A DNA stretch of 62,347 nt, the filler included, from Deltaproteobacteria bacterium (lineage in GTDB: Bacteria; JAUYMQ01), in assembly GCA_030698575.1 (NCBI GenBank). It is 9 parts of 9 records of this genome, joined end to end, with 100 filler letters (N's around TTAATTAATTAA, not from the genome) between each part and the next. Parts side by side here need not be neighbours in the genome. Positions count along the whole stretch, not along the records: positions 1 to 10,993 come from JAUYMQ010000558.1; 8 more parts are not named here. One strand, written 5' to 3'. Both the position numbers and the translations under genes were made by a program. The notes under the pieces are model-generated. The model did no database searches and was not told the origin of the DNA. It saw only the letters and a list, made by a program, of their open reading frames with translations. Every line of letters starts with the position of its first letter. The first letter of the stretch is position 1. Shown here in pieces: positions 1-9,040 of this stretch.

Positions 1-21
1 CCGGCGCGAAGGCGAACGCCG

Positions 22-55
22 GAAAGAAGAAGGCCGGGCAGGTGCCCGGCCTTCT
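22..55 (-). terminator. Intrinsic terminator after the DUF4398/OmpA operon
   Basis: Inverted repeat AGAAGGCCGGGCA-GG-TGCCCGGCCTTCT followed on the minus strand by TCTTT, just downstream of the 78..455 stop. Confidence 0.65.
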
Positions 56-77
56 CATGCTGGCGATGTGGCGCCGA

Positions 78-455
78 CTATTCCTGGAAGAGGGTTTCCG
101 GATCGAGCACCGGCTTGTAGTAGCGGGGGGAGGGGACGGCGAAGAACACCGTCTCGTACACACCTCCCCAGCCCCGGTCGCCTGCCTTCACGATGCCGTC
201 CGCGGTTCCCCAGAGGATGGCCGTGAAGGGGTCGCGTTGGTCGAAGTAATCGACCCACGCCATGGGCAGCTCCATCCAGAACGTGAGATCGTTCACGAGC
301 CCACGCCCAAGCTTCTTCATGATTTTCGAGCCGTCGCCGTCGTTCTCGTCGTAGTTCATGTCGGCCCTGGCTGAGGCGGGCGCCCCAATGAGCGCCGCGA
401 TCAGCGCCAGCACGACAAGGCACCTCGTCATGATTCTCATCGTCTCACCTCTCAT
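78..455 (-). CDS. Secreted TIGR04073-like (exosortase-associated) small protein
   Basis: GGAGG RBS; signal peptide ending ARA; KKLGRGLVN..W.ELP...G...G...R...GVYE..FF.VP pattern typical of the family. Confidence 0.7.
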   Translation of the reverse strand: MRGETMRIMTRCLVVLALIAALIGAPASARADMNYDENDGDGSKIMKKLGRGLVNDLTFWMELPMAWVDYFDQRDPFTAILWGTADGIVKAGDRGWGGVYETVFFAVPSPRYYKPVLDPETLFQE

Positions 456-546
456 GTCTCTGACCTCCAGTCTTCGCTCCTCGGATAGGTCGCCCGCCGT
501 GGCCGCGCGCGCGGCTGTCAGGCACCGCGGATCCCGCGGAGCAAGG

Positions 547-1548
547 TCAGAAGATGTGCCTCAGATCAAGGATGTCGGGATCGAGCGTCGACCAGTCCTC
601 CGGAAGCGGGATGAAGAAAGTACCCAGCTCGAAGGCTCCGGCCGCGGTGCGTCGGACTCCGTCGGCAACCCCGTGAGGAATGCCGTAGCCGGTGCCCGTG
701 AGCAGATCGCGGTCAGCAACTTCCTGGGAGAAGGTCTTGGGAAGATCGATCCATCCCACCGACAGGTTGTAGGCCCCCCGGCTGAACTTCTTGCCGATCA
801 CATCCAGGTAGTCGTCTTCCTGGTTGGGATCGAGATCCATCTGCGTCGGGAAGTCGTAACCGGCCGGTGCATCGAGCATCTCCGGCGAGTCGGCGTAGCC
901 GATGGGGTAGGTCCGCATGACCCTGAAGCCCACACGGCGGTTCTCGACTCGCCCCTCCCGCGAGTTGTTGCTGGCGACGGGGTCGAACTCGCCGTAGGGG
1001 GCCGTTACGACCCGGCTCGGGGCGATGCCGTGATCCATGAAGTACTGGGCCACGGCTTCGGCGCGCCGCTCGGACAGGTGGAAGTTGTAATGGGCCGTGC
1101 CCGGATTTGACGTGTGCCCGGATACCTGGACCGTCGTGTCGTCCTCCCACTCGAGGACGGCGATGGCCTCGTCGAGCTGAGGCGACTGCATGGCTTCGAC
1201 CAGGGCCGAATCGTTTTCGAAGAGCACGCTCCCGAACACGATTTCGGGGCGCTGGGCCGTGAGGATCGCCCAGACGCTCTTCACCGCCAGCCTGCCGGCC
1301 TCGAGGTGATCGTCGGTGTCGTCGTCCCACTCGTTGAACTCCGCCTGCGCCTCGCCGAGATGCATCGAGGCCTTGCCCAGGTCCTCCGGCGCGCGTTTGA
1401 GCGCCCCGGCGCCCTTGGCCCGCTCGACGGAGTCGCGCAGCTTGTCGATCTCGTGTTGCGTGTCTTGCCGCGTTGCGCAGCCGCCGAGAAACAGCGTGAC
1501 GGCCAGGAACGCGACACCTATGGGAACTCCCCTCAAGAATGGCTTCAT
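547..1548 (-). CDS. Lipoprotein: DUF4398-like helical domain + OmpA-like peptidoglycan-binding domain + C-terminal TIGR04073-like domain
   Basis: Lipobox LGGC; OmpA motifs VSGHTS..G..YN..LSERRAEAV and NRRV; tail GKKFSRGAYN..GWIDLPK...GAFELGTFFIP aligns by eye with 78..455. Confidence 0.8.
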   Translation of the reverse strand: MKPFLRGVPIGVAFLAVTLFLGGCATRQDTQHEIDKLRDSVERAKGAGALKRAPEDLGKASMHLGEAQAEFNEWDDDTDDHLEAGRLAVKSVWAILTAQRPEIVFGSVLFENDSALVEAMQSPQLDEAIAVLEWEDDTTVQVSGHTSNPGTAHYNFHLSERRAEAVAQYFMDHGIAPSRVVTAPYGEFDPVASNNSREGRVENRRVGFRVMRTYPIGYADSPEMLDAPAGYDFPTQMDLDPNQEDDYLDVIGKKFSRGAYNLSVGWIDLPKTFSQEVADRDLLTGTGYGIPHGVADGVRRTAAGAFELGTFFIPLPEDWSTLDPDILDLRHIF

Positions 1549-1626
1549 GAAAACCTCCTTGGACTGCGGCGGCGGCCGGTATTGCGACTGGCCGCGGCGC
1601 GCGCTTACGCTTCGCGAAGCCCCGCC

Positions 1627-1935
1627 CTAGTCGGTGAAGGACTGCATCGTGGTGGATTTATCCGCAAGCTTCTTGGCTTTTCGGGCGAAGCATGCCGCCT
1701 TGCCGTAATCCATCTCGTCGTACTCGGCACGGGCCGCCGTGAGGGCCGCCTGCGCCTTGTAGAACTGGTAGCGGCCGTAACGGGTCACACCCGACTCGGC
1801 CGCCGTAACTGCCGCCGACGCCTCGTCGATCGTGTCCTGGACCTCGTACATTCCCGCTCCCATGAGGGGAAGCGCGAGAATGAGAATCAAGGGCAGCTGA
1901 ATAAGCGCCGCCCACCCCCGCGTTGTTCGTATCAT
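1627..1935 (-). CDS. DUF4398-like secreted protein
   Basis: GGAGG RBS; signal peptide; YQFYKAQAALTAARAEYDEMDYGKAACFARKA helical pattern; directly upstream of an OmpA gene, the usual arrangement. Confidence 0.7.
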   Translation of the reverse strand: MIRTTRGWAALIQLPLILILALPLMGAGMYEVQDTIDEASAAVTAAESGVTRYGRYQFYKAQAALTAARAEYDEMDYGKAACFARKAKKLADKSTTMQSFTD

Positions 1936-2059
1936 TTATAGACCTCCTCGTTGCCCGCAGCGACCGGCGCGGATAGGGATTTGCCCGGACGCTGATACAC
2001 AGCTTGGTGGGAAGATAGGAAAACCCGGCCGTGTTACGCAAGAAAAAACTGGGCGATTC

Positions 2060-2075
2060 TGCAATAACAACGCCA
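2060..2075 (-). promoter_or_regulatory. Putative sigma54 (-24/-12) promoter
   Basis: Minus strand TGGCGTTGTTATTGCA, GG-N10-GC spacing, about 125 nt upstream of the 1935 start. Confidence 0.5.
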
Positions 2076-2237
2076 CCGACGAAATGGGAAAGCCGTTCTT
2101 TGTGGTGACGGAGGGGTGTGCTAGGATGACGCTGCCGCACAGTTTGCGGTTGCCTGCCGCCTCCCTGCATCCATTCCAAACCACGATCACCGCCGGCTCA
2201 CTCTCCCTGCCAGGCCGACCTCGAGGGAGAATTCAAT

Positions 2238-3050
2238 ATGTCCGGAATGTTTCAGTCCTCCATCGGGCGCGCTACCGTACCGCCCGCAACTTCCGATGTC
2301 CACGGAACGAGATCGCGCGTGAGCGATGTCATGAACGAAGTCACGGGCGATGTGATGGCCTCGCTGCTGTGCGAGGGGCCCGAGGCGCTCACCGACGAAG
2401 CGTTGTTCGAGATCCTGCTCGGCTCTCCGGAGGCGGCCGAAAGCGCGCGCGCGATCGTCCGCCGCTTCCCCGATCACGTTCGCCTCAGGCGGGCGACTTT
2501 TGAGGACCTGTGCGAGATCCCTGGCATCGATCCGCGGCGCGCGGCCGCGCTGCAGGCCGCGGTCGAGCTGGGGCGCCGCGTGAGCGCGCGTCCCTGGCGC
2601 CGGGGTGAGCGATTTCGATCGAGCCGCGATGTTTCCCGCGCCCTCGGGCCCCGCCTCCGTGATCTGCGGCGCGAGATCTTCCTCGTTCTCCTCCTCGACG
2701 GCCGCAACAGAAAGATCGGCGAGGTGCGCGTGAGCGAGGGGAGCCTCTCGGCGAGCATCGTCCACCCGCGGGAGGTCTTCCTTCCGGCCATCCGGGCCTC
2801 GGCCGCCTCCATTCTCGTCGTCCATAACCACCCGAGCGGCGATTCGAGGCCGAGCGCGGAGGATCGGGAGGTGACCTGGCGGCTGGGTCGGGCGGGGGAG
2901 CTACTCGGGATTCGGCTGCTGGATCACGTGATCCTGGGGGAGGCGTCCTATTACAGCTTCGCGGAGGAGGGAATGATGGCGGAGGGCGGCCCCCCGGGGG
3001 CCCTCCCGGGGGCCTCAGGTTACGGGGGAGGGCGGCCGAAAAGACGCTAG
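2238..3050 (+). CDS. radC: RadC family JAB-domain protein
   Basis: HhH region (EIPGID), VHPREVF, HNHPSGDSRPSAED, LLDHVILG; GAGGGAG RBS. Confidence 0.95.
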   Translation: MSGMFQSSIGRATVPPATSDVHGTRSRVSDVMNEVTGDVMASLLCEGPEALTDEALFEILLGSPEAAESARAIVRRFPDHVRLRRATFEDLCEIPGIDPRRAAALQAAVELGRRVSARPWRRGERFRSSRDVSRALGPRLRDLRREIFLVLLLDGRNRKIGEVRVSEGSLSASIVHPREVFLPAIRASAASILVVHNHPSGDSRPSAEDREVTWRLGRAGELLGIRLLDHVILGEASYYSFAEEGMMAEGGPPGALPGASGYGGGRPKRR

Positions 3051-3098
3051 GAGACCAGAGATCGGGCCCAGGGGACCGGGCCTCCAGAGGGAGAGCGG

Positions 3099-3449
3099 AT
3101 GGAGCCGAAACGCATCAAGGAACGTCGCCGGGAAGCGAGAAAAGATTTCGTCATCGGGGTGGCTTACCAGACGGTGGACGAGGTGTTCACGGATTTCAGC
3201 ACGAACATCAACGACGGCGGGATGTTCATCGAGACGCGCAAGCGGCACAAGCCGGGCGCCAGCGTGCGGCTGGAGTTCAGCCTTCCGGGTTCGGAGCGCC
3301 CCATCAATGTATGGGGTCGGATCGCCTGGGTCCGCCCGCCCGACCAGGCGGATCAGGAGCCACCTGGCGTCGGTATTCAGTTCGAGGATCTCTCTGCGGA
3401 GGCCAGGGATGAAATCAACCGCATCGTGAGGAAGCTCAGGGTGGCCTGA
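3099..3449 (+). CDS. PilZ-domain protein (TIGR02266-like, c-di-GMP receptor)
   Basis: ERRREAR (RxxxR), NINDGGMFIET, WGRIAWVR, GVGIQF. Confidence 0.9.
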   Translation: MEPKRIKERRREARKDFVIGVAYQTVDEVFTDFSTNINDGGMFIETRKRHKPGASVRLEFSLPGSERPINVWGRIAWVRPPDQADQEPPGVGIQFEDLSAEARDEINRIVRKLRVA

Positions 3450-3491
3450 GCCTTCGGACCTAATCTCGTCGTTAAATCCCGGAGCAGCGTT

Positions 3492-4244
3492 TTAGAAGGG
3501 GATGTCGTCGTCCTGCCCGCCCTGTGATCCCGAGGCCGCATCGGACACCTGAGAGCTTCCGTTGCTGTCCTGGCGTCCTTCCTCTGTCTTCGATCCAAGC
3601 ATCTGCATGTTGTTCATTACGCACTCGGTCGTCGACTGGGTGGTCCCTTCCTGATTGGTCCACTCGCGCGTCTGGATTCTCCCCTCGGCGTAGATGCGCT
3701 TGCCCGGGGTCAGATAGCGCGAACAGATCTCGGCGAGCTTTCCGAAGGCCACCAGCCGGTGCGTCTCGCTGCGCTCTTCGGGCTCCCCTTCGCGGTTCTG
3801 CCGCTGCGTGGTGGTCACGATATTGAAGTTCACGACCTCACGGCCGGAGGGGAGCGTGCGGAGCTCGGGAGCCTGATCGACCTTGCCGATCAGGATTGCC
3901 TTGCTCACCTCGTCGCCCTCGCCGAGGACCAGCACGTTCGTGGCGATCACCTCGGTGGTGAAGCGCTTGTTGCCTTCCTTGTCTTCCCACTGGCGGGTGC
4001 GCAGGCGCCCCTCGACGTTGACCTGCTTTCCCTTGAAGACGCTCTTCGCGCAGTAGTCCGCGAGGCGACCGAAGGCCGCGACGCGGTGCCACTCGGTGTG
4101 CTCCTCGCGCTCGCCGTCGCGGTTGTTCCAGTTTTCCGAGGTGGCCACGCTGAAATTCGCGACGGAGCTTCCCGAGGGAAGGAACCGCACCTCGGGATCG
4201 CGTCCCGCGTTGCCCACGAGGATGATCTTGTTGACGCTGGCCAT
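3492..4244 (-). CDS. ssb: Single-stranded DNA-binding protein with two tandem OB folds
   Basis: Two SSB repeats (NKIILVGNAGRDPE...EGRLRTRQW and SKAILIGKVDQAPE...EGRIQTREW); acidic tip DDDIPF. Confidence 0.93.
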   Translation of the reverse strand: MASVNKIILVGNAGRDPEVRFLPSGSSVANFSVATSENWNNRDGEREEHTEWHRVAAFGRLADYCAKSVFKGKQVNVEGRLRTRQWEDKEGNKRFTTEVIATNVLVLGEGDEVSKAILIGKVDQAPELRTLPSGREVVNFNIVTTTQRQNREGEPEERSETHRLVAFGKLAEICSRYLTPGKRIYAEGRIQTREWTNQEGTTQSTTECVMNNMQMLGSKTEEGRQDSNGSSQVSDAASGSQGGQDDDIPF

Positions 4245-4410
4245 GCCTTCCTCCTAATTCGGGGTCATCGGACCCGGCTTCTGTGCCAATGAGTGAGTTC
4301 CGCACGCGGCAGGGCGGGCGCGGGCCGCCGCCGAGCGCGCAGGGCGAAAGCTTCGGGGCGACGAAATATGTTGCTGGAGGGAGACGCTTGTGACAGGAAA
4401 GCCAAGGGGC

Positions 4411-4438
4411 ATCCTATCACCCGTCGCATCGAAGTCAA
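4411..4438 (-). promoter_or_regulatory. Putative sigma70 promoter for ssb
   Basis: TTGACT-N16-TAGGAT with TG extended -10 on the minus strand. Confidence 0.5.
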
Positions 4439-4492
4439 GGAAGAGCGCGCCCGATCCCGCGGTTTCTTCGGCGTGAGCGCCATCGCTTCTGT

Positions 4493-4521
4493 TTGACATG
4501 GGATTCTCCGAAAGCTAGGAT
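4493..4521 (+). promoter_or_regulatory. Putative sigma70 promoter for the uppP-ftsK-lolA-yajQ-apbE operon
   Basis: TTGACA-N17-TAGGAT. Confidence 0.65.
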
Positions 4522-4575
4522 AGCCGCCGGCTGGATGAAGACGGCGTCGTGCGCTGCAGGGCCGGGGGGTTGGGG

Positions 4576-5445
4576 TTGAGCATCGCCGATGCGGTCCTGC
4601 TCGGAGTGGTTCAAGGGCTCACGGAATTTCTGCCCGTCTCGAGTTCCGGCCATCTGGTTCTTTTCGAGCATGTCGTGCAGAGCTTCGATGCCGACGGCGC
4701 GCTGCTCTTCAACGTCACGCTACATCTCGGCACGCTGTTCTCTGTCCTTGTATACTACCGGCGTGACCTTGCCGGCATGGTCGGGCGCCTCTTCTCCCCC
4801 TCCGGCGTCCCGGTTTCCGGATCAGCCCCCCCCATAAGCCCTGACTGGCGCTTTCTCGGCCTCATCGTTCTGGCGATGCTGGTAACGGCGCTGTTTGGCT
4901 TCCCCCTGCGCGACTGGGCGGAGGCGCTCTTCGGCGAAAGCCGGGGTGGCGAGCAGCTCATGAGCGACTCGCAGCGGCTCCGTTTCGTAGGCATCGCGCT
5001 CATTGTCACGGGCGTGCTCCTGGCCCTGAGCGAGAGGCTGCAGTCAGGCAAGGCAGGTCGGGAGAACCTCGGCTGGCGGGACGCCCTGCTCATCGGGGCG
5101 GCCCAGGGCCTCGCCGTCATCCCGGGAATCTCGCGCTCCGGGGCCACTATCTCGGCGGCGCTGTTCCGCGGAGTGGATGCGGTGCAGGCGGTCAGGTTCT
5201 CGTTCCTCCTGTCGGTGCCGGCGATCGTCGCCGCTGAGTTCTACGCCCTTTACGCGAAAGGGGGCGAAACCGCGGCCCCCCTCGCGGCAGGGGACCTTGC
5301 CGCCTACGGTCTCGGCGCGCTGACCGCCTTCGCCGTAGGGCTCCTGGCGATCAAGGTGATCGTCGGCACGGCGCGGCGGGGCCGGCTCACTTATTTCGCA
5401 ATATACTGCTGGGCGGTGGGCGGAATGGTGGCCGTCCTCGCCTGA
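4576..5445 (+). CDS. uppP: Undecaprenyl-diphosphate phosphatase
   Basis: QGLTEFLPVSSSGHL, PGISRSGATI, FSFLLSVP; TTG start at 4576 chosen over 4549. Confidence 0.95.
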   Translation: MSIADAVLLGVVQGLTEFLPVSSSGHLVLFEHVVQSFDADGALLFNVTLHLGTLFSVLVYYRRDLAGMVGRLFSPSGVPVSGSAPPISPDWRFLGLIVLAMLVTALFGFPLRDWAEALFGESRGGEQLMSDSQRLRFVGIALIVTGVLLALSERLQSGKAGRENLGWRDALLIGAAQGLAVIPGISRSGATISAALFRGVDAVQAVRFSFLLSVPAIVAAEFYALYAKGGETAAPLAAGDLAAYGLGALTAFAVGLLAIKVIVGTARRGRLTYFAIYCWAVGGMVAVLA

Positions 5446-5478
5446 AAGAAGGGGCCGCAGTGCGGCCGGGGGGATCCC

Positions 5479-7692
5479 ATGGCGCGTTCGTCAACGCGTG
5501 AGTGGATCCGGCGCGAGGTCACGGGGCTCAGCCTCGTCGCGGGATCGGTCTACCTGACCATCAGCCTGCTTAGCTTCTCGCTGGATCAGGACGCCGGGAG
5601 CAACCTGGGCGGGCCGGTCGGGGAGTTTTTGGCGGACGTCCTCCGGCAGTCCGTCGGACTCGCCGCTTTCCTGATTCCATTCTATGGCCTGCTCGCGGGC
5701 TGGCGTCTGCTCCGGAACCAGCCGCTCGGCCCCGTGGCTTCCCGTCTTTCGGGGGGCGGGTTCCTCCTTCTTTTCGCCGCAATCTCCCTCGCCCTCATCC
5801 TGCCCGGCACCGATGCCTACCGCGCGGGCGGGTGGATGGGGGGCTGGATCGCCAATCGCCTCTTCCTCGAAGGGCTCGGGCGCCTCGGCGCTTACCTCTT
5901 CACCCTTGCCGGACTCGCCCTCTCGCTTGCCTTCGCCCTCGACGTGAGCGTGCTTTCCTTCGGGCGCGGCTTCATGACCGCGGGGCAGTGGGCGGCCGCC
6001 CGAGCCGACGCGGCCCGCGAAGCCTACCTCGCCCGCAGGCGTGTCCCGGCGCCCGCCCGTCCCGAGCCCGAAATCGTGACGCGCGGCGAGCAGGAGAGCG
6101 CAGCGGGCGACGAGCCGGCCAGGCCTTCGGCGCGCAAGAAGGCGGCTCCGATCATCGCGCCCAAACCCGTGCAGGAGAAGTTCGAGTTCGTCCGCGACGA
6201 CTCGGCGATCAAGGGTAACTACCGGCTGCCTCCGCTCGACTTTCTGAATCCGGCCATCGCGGTGAACGATTCAGTCGACCGCGAAGCGCTGCTGACGAAC
6301 TCGCGCATCCTCGAGAAGAAGCTCCGTGACTTCGGCGTAGAGGGAAACGTCGTCAAGGTGAACCCCGGGCCAGTCGTCAACATGTACGAGTACGAGCCCG
6401 CGGCCGGCGTCAAGATTTCCCGCATAGTGAACCTGTCGGATGATCTCTCGATGGCACTGCGGGCCGATTCCGTGCGCATCGTGGGCCCGCTGCCGGGGAA
6501 AGCGGTGGTGGGCATCGAGGTCTCGAACCGGCAGAAGGATGAAGTCAACCTGCGGGAGATGCTCACGACCTCCGAGTTCCAGCAGAGCGCCTACAAGCTC
6601 CCTCTCGCGCTGGGCAAGGACATCTACGGATCACCGGTGGTGGCCCCGCTCGAGGCGATGCCCCATCTCCTGGTCGCCGGCGCGACCGGAACGGGGAAGT
6701 CCGTCTTCCTGAACAACATTCTCATGAGCATTCTCTACCGTTCGACCCCCGAGGGTTGCCGCCTCCTGCTCATAGATCCGAAGCTCCTCGAGCTATCGGT
6801 CTACGAGGGGATTCCCCACCTGCTGACCCAGGTGGTGACGAATCCCAAGCGCGCCGCCGCGGCGCTTCACGGCGTCGTCCACAAGATGGAAGAGCGCTAT
6901 CGCATCATGGCGGCCAAGGGGGTGCGGAACATCGATCAGTACAACCGGAAAATGGAAAAGGAAACCAAGCACCCCGAGAAGGCGCCTGCTCAGCCGCAGA
7001 CCATCGACGGCGTGCCCGTGGAGTTCCCGCAGCGGCTTCCCTACATCGTCGTGATGATCGACGAGCTGGCCGACCTGATGGTGGTCGCGGGGCGTGACGT
7101 GGAGGAATCGCTGACGCGCCTGGCACAGATGGCGCGTGCCGCCAGCATCCACCTCATTCTCGCCACGCAGCGGCCGTCGGTCGACGTTTTGACCGGCGTC
7201 ATCAAGGCAAACTTCCCGACGCGCGTTTCCTTTCAGGTGTTCAGCCGCGTGGATTCGCGCACGATCCTCGATCACAACGGCGCCGAGGCACTCCTCGGGC
7301 AGGGCGACATGCTCTTTGTTCCGCCCAACACTTCCAAGCTCAGGCGGATCCACGGCGGTTTCGTGACGGAAGAGGAGATCAAGCGCGTCGTCGAGTTCTT
7401 GAAGGAGCAGGGCGCGCCGAGCTACGATGACACGATCATCCAGGAGAAGAAGGAAGCGCAGGTCGAGGGGGACGACGGGGAAGACGACGAGGTCTATGAC
7501 CAGGCCGTCGCGGTCGTGACGCAGCACAGGCAGGCGTCGATCTCCTTCATCCAGCGCAAGCTCAGGATAGGCTACAATCGCGCGGCACGGATCATGGAGC
7601 GCATGGAGCGCGAGGGGGTCGTGGGAGCGGCGGACGTGAACAATCGCCGGGAGATCCTCGTAAAGGATCTTTCGGTAGATGACTACGAATAG
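5479..7692 (+). CDS. ftsK: DNA translocase FtsK
   Basis: N-terminal TM region, Walker A GATGTGKS, IDELADLM, ATQRPSVDV, gamma domain QRKLRIGYNRAAR. Confidence 0.97.
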   Translation: MARSSTREWIRREVTGLSLVAGSVYLTISLLSFSLDQDAGSNLGGPVGEFLADVLRQSVGLAAFLIPFYGLLAGWRLLRNQPLGPVASRLSGGGFLLLFAAISLALILPGTDAYRAGGWMGGWIANRLFLEGLGRLGAYLFTLAGLALSLAFALDVSVLSFGRGFMTAGQWAAARADAAREAYLARRRVPAPARPEPEIVTRGEQESAAGDEPARPSARKKAAPIIAPKPVQEKFEFVRDDSAIKGNYRLPPLDFLNPAIAVNDSVDREALLTNSRILEKKLRDFGVEGNVVKVNPGPVVNMYEYEPAAGVKISRIVNLSDDLSMALRADSVRIVGPLPGKAVVGIEVSNRQKDEVNLREMLTTSEFQQSAYKLPLALGKDIYGSPVVAPLEAMPHLLVAGATGTGKSVFLNNILMSILYRSTPEGCRLLLIDPKLLELSVYEGIPHLLTQVVTNPKRAAAALHGVVHKMEERYRIMAAKGVRNIDQYNRKMEKETKHPEKAPAQPQTIDGVPVEFPQRLPYIVVMIDELADLMVVAGRDVEESLTRLAQMARAASIHLILATQRPSVDVLTGVIKANFPTRVSFQVFSRVDSRTILDHNGAEALLGQGDMLFVPPNTSKLRRIHGGFVTEEEIKRVVEFLKEQGAPSYDDTIIQEKKEAQVEGDDGEDDEVYDQAVAVVTQHRQASISFIQRKLRIGYNRAARIMERMEREGVVGAADVNNRREILVKDLSVDDYE

Positions 7693-7728
7693 TCGCGCCC
7701 ACGGGCCGTCGACGTTCACTTGAGCCAC

Positions 7729-8511
7729 ATGAAACCCAATCTTTCGAACTTCCGCGCGAGGCGCGACAAGCGCCACCCTGGCGGGGCGGCCACACTGCTC
7801 GCCGCGGCGCTCTTTCTCCTGCTCGGAGCCGCGGGCGCAACGGCCAACGGGGCGAGGGCCGAAACCGACGCCCCCGCGGTTCCCCGGGATGCGGCGGCGC
7901 CCGGCCGCCCGGCGGCTCTCGATGCGCTGGTCAAGGGGTTGCAGGCGCGCTACGAGCGCCTCGAGGATTTCAAGGCGCGTTTCGAGCAGCAGAGCCGTCT
8001 CGAAGCAGCCGGTTCGGCGCAGATTGCGCGGGGCGAGGTGTTCTTCCAGAAGCCGGGCAGGATGCGCTGGAACTACGAGACACCCGAGCCCCAACAGATT
8101 CTCATTAGTGAGGGGAAGCTCACGCAGTACGTGCCCGCTGACAAGCAGATCGTTGTTCAGGGGCTCGACACGAACCGCGTCGAGTACGCCTTCCTGACGG
8201 GGCTCGGGGAACTGGAGAATGAATTCAACATCCGGTGGGCCGAACCGCGGCGGCGGCCTGATGATCCACTCGAATACATAGAGCTCACGCCGCGCGACGC
8301 CGATGCCTCCTTCGCCAGGCTCGTTCTCGGGGTAGAGACGAGAGGGCACCGCATCCTGGCCACGGAGGTGAAGGACTTCCTTGGCAACGTCACGTCGCTC
8401 CGATTCGAGAAGCTTCAGGACAACGTGGGGCTGGGCGCCGACGTTTTCGCCATCAACAAACCTGCGGGGGTCGACGTCATCGACATGACCGATGGATGGA
8501 CGACTCCCTGA
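7729..8511 (+). CDS. lolA: Outer-membrane lipoprotein carrier LolA
   Basis: Signal peptide, ARFEQ, KPGRMRWNYETP; follows ftsK. Confidence 0.9.
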   Translation: MKPNLSNFRARRDKRHPGGAATLLAAALFLLLGAAGATANGARAETDAPAVPRDAAAPGRPAALDALVKGLQARYERLEDFKARFEQQSRLEAAGSAQIARGEVFFQKPGRMRWNYETPEPQQILISEGKLTQYVPADKQIVVQGLDTNRVEYAFLTGLGELENEFNIRWAEPRRRPDDPLEYIELTPRDADASFARLVLGVETRGHRILATEVKDFLGNVTSLRFEKLQDNVGLGADVFAINKPAGVDVIDMTDGWTTP

Positions 8512-8535
8512 GTAGAAAGAGAGCAGGCTTCGAAA

Positions 8536-9030
8536 ATGCCTTCCTTCGACATCGTCTGCCAGATTGACGCGCAGGAGCTCGACAACGCCATCAACCAGGC
8601 GCGCCGGGAGGTCCAGACACGCTTCGACTTCAAGGGCAGCCAGACGACCATCGAGATGGAGCCGAAGAGCCAGGAGATCGTTCTGAACTCCGAGAGCGAG
8701 GGGCGGGTGAAAGCGATCCTCGACATTCTTCAGTCCAAGCTGGTGCGCCGCGGGATCTCGCTCAAGGCCGCCCGGCCGGGACCCATCGAGCCCGCTGCGG
8801 GAGGGCGACACAAGCAGACCCTCACCCTGCAGCAGGGGATTCCCATCGAGAAGTGCCGGGAGATCGTCAAGCGCATCAAGGGGACCAAGAAGAAGGTGCA
8901 GGCTGCCATCCAGGCCGACCAGGTGCGCGTGAGCGGAAAGAGCCTCGACGATCTTCAGTCGATCATCGCCCTTTTCAAGGAGGACGATCTCGGCATCGAG
9001 ATGCAGTTCGTGAACATGAGATCGAACTGA
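8536..9030 (+). CDS. yajQ: YajQ family c-di-GMP-binding protein
   Basis: MPSFDIV, RFDFKGS, KVQAAIQADQVRVSGK..DDLQ. Confidence 0.95.
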   Translation: MPSFDIVCQIDAQELDNAINQARREVQTRFDFKGSQTTIEMEPKSQEIVLNSESEGRVKAILDILQSKLVRRGISLKAARPGPIEPAAGGRHKQTLTLQQGIPIEKCREIVKRIKGTKKKVQAAIQADQVRVSGKSLDDLQSIIALFKEDDLGIEMQFVNMRSN

Positions 9031-9040
9031 GCATCGGACG

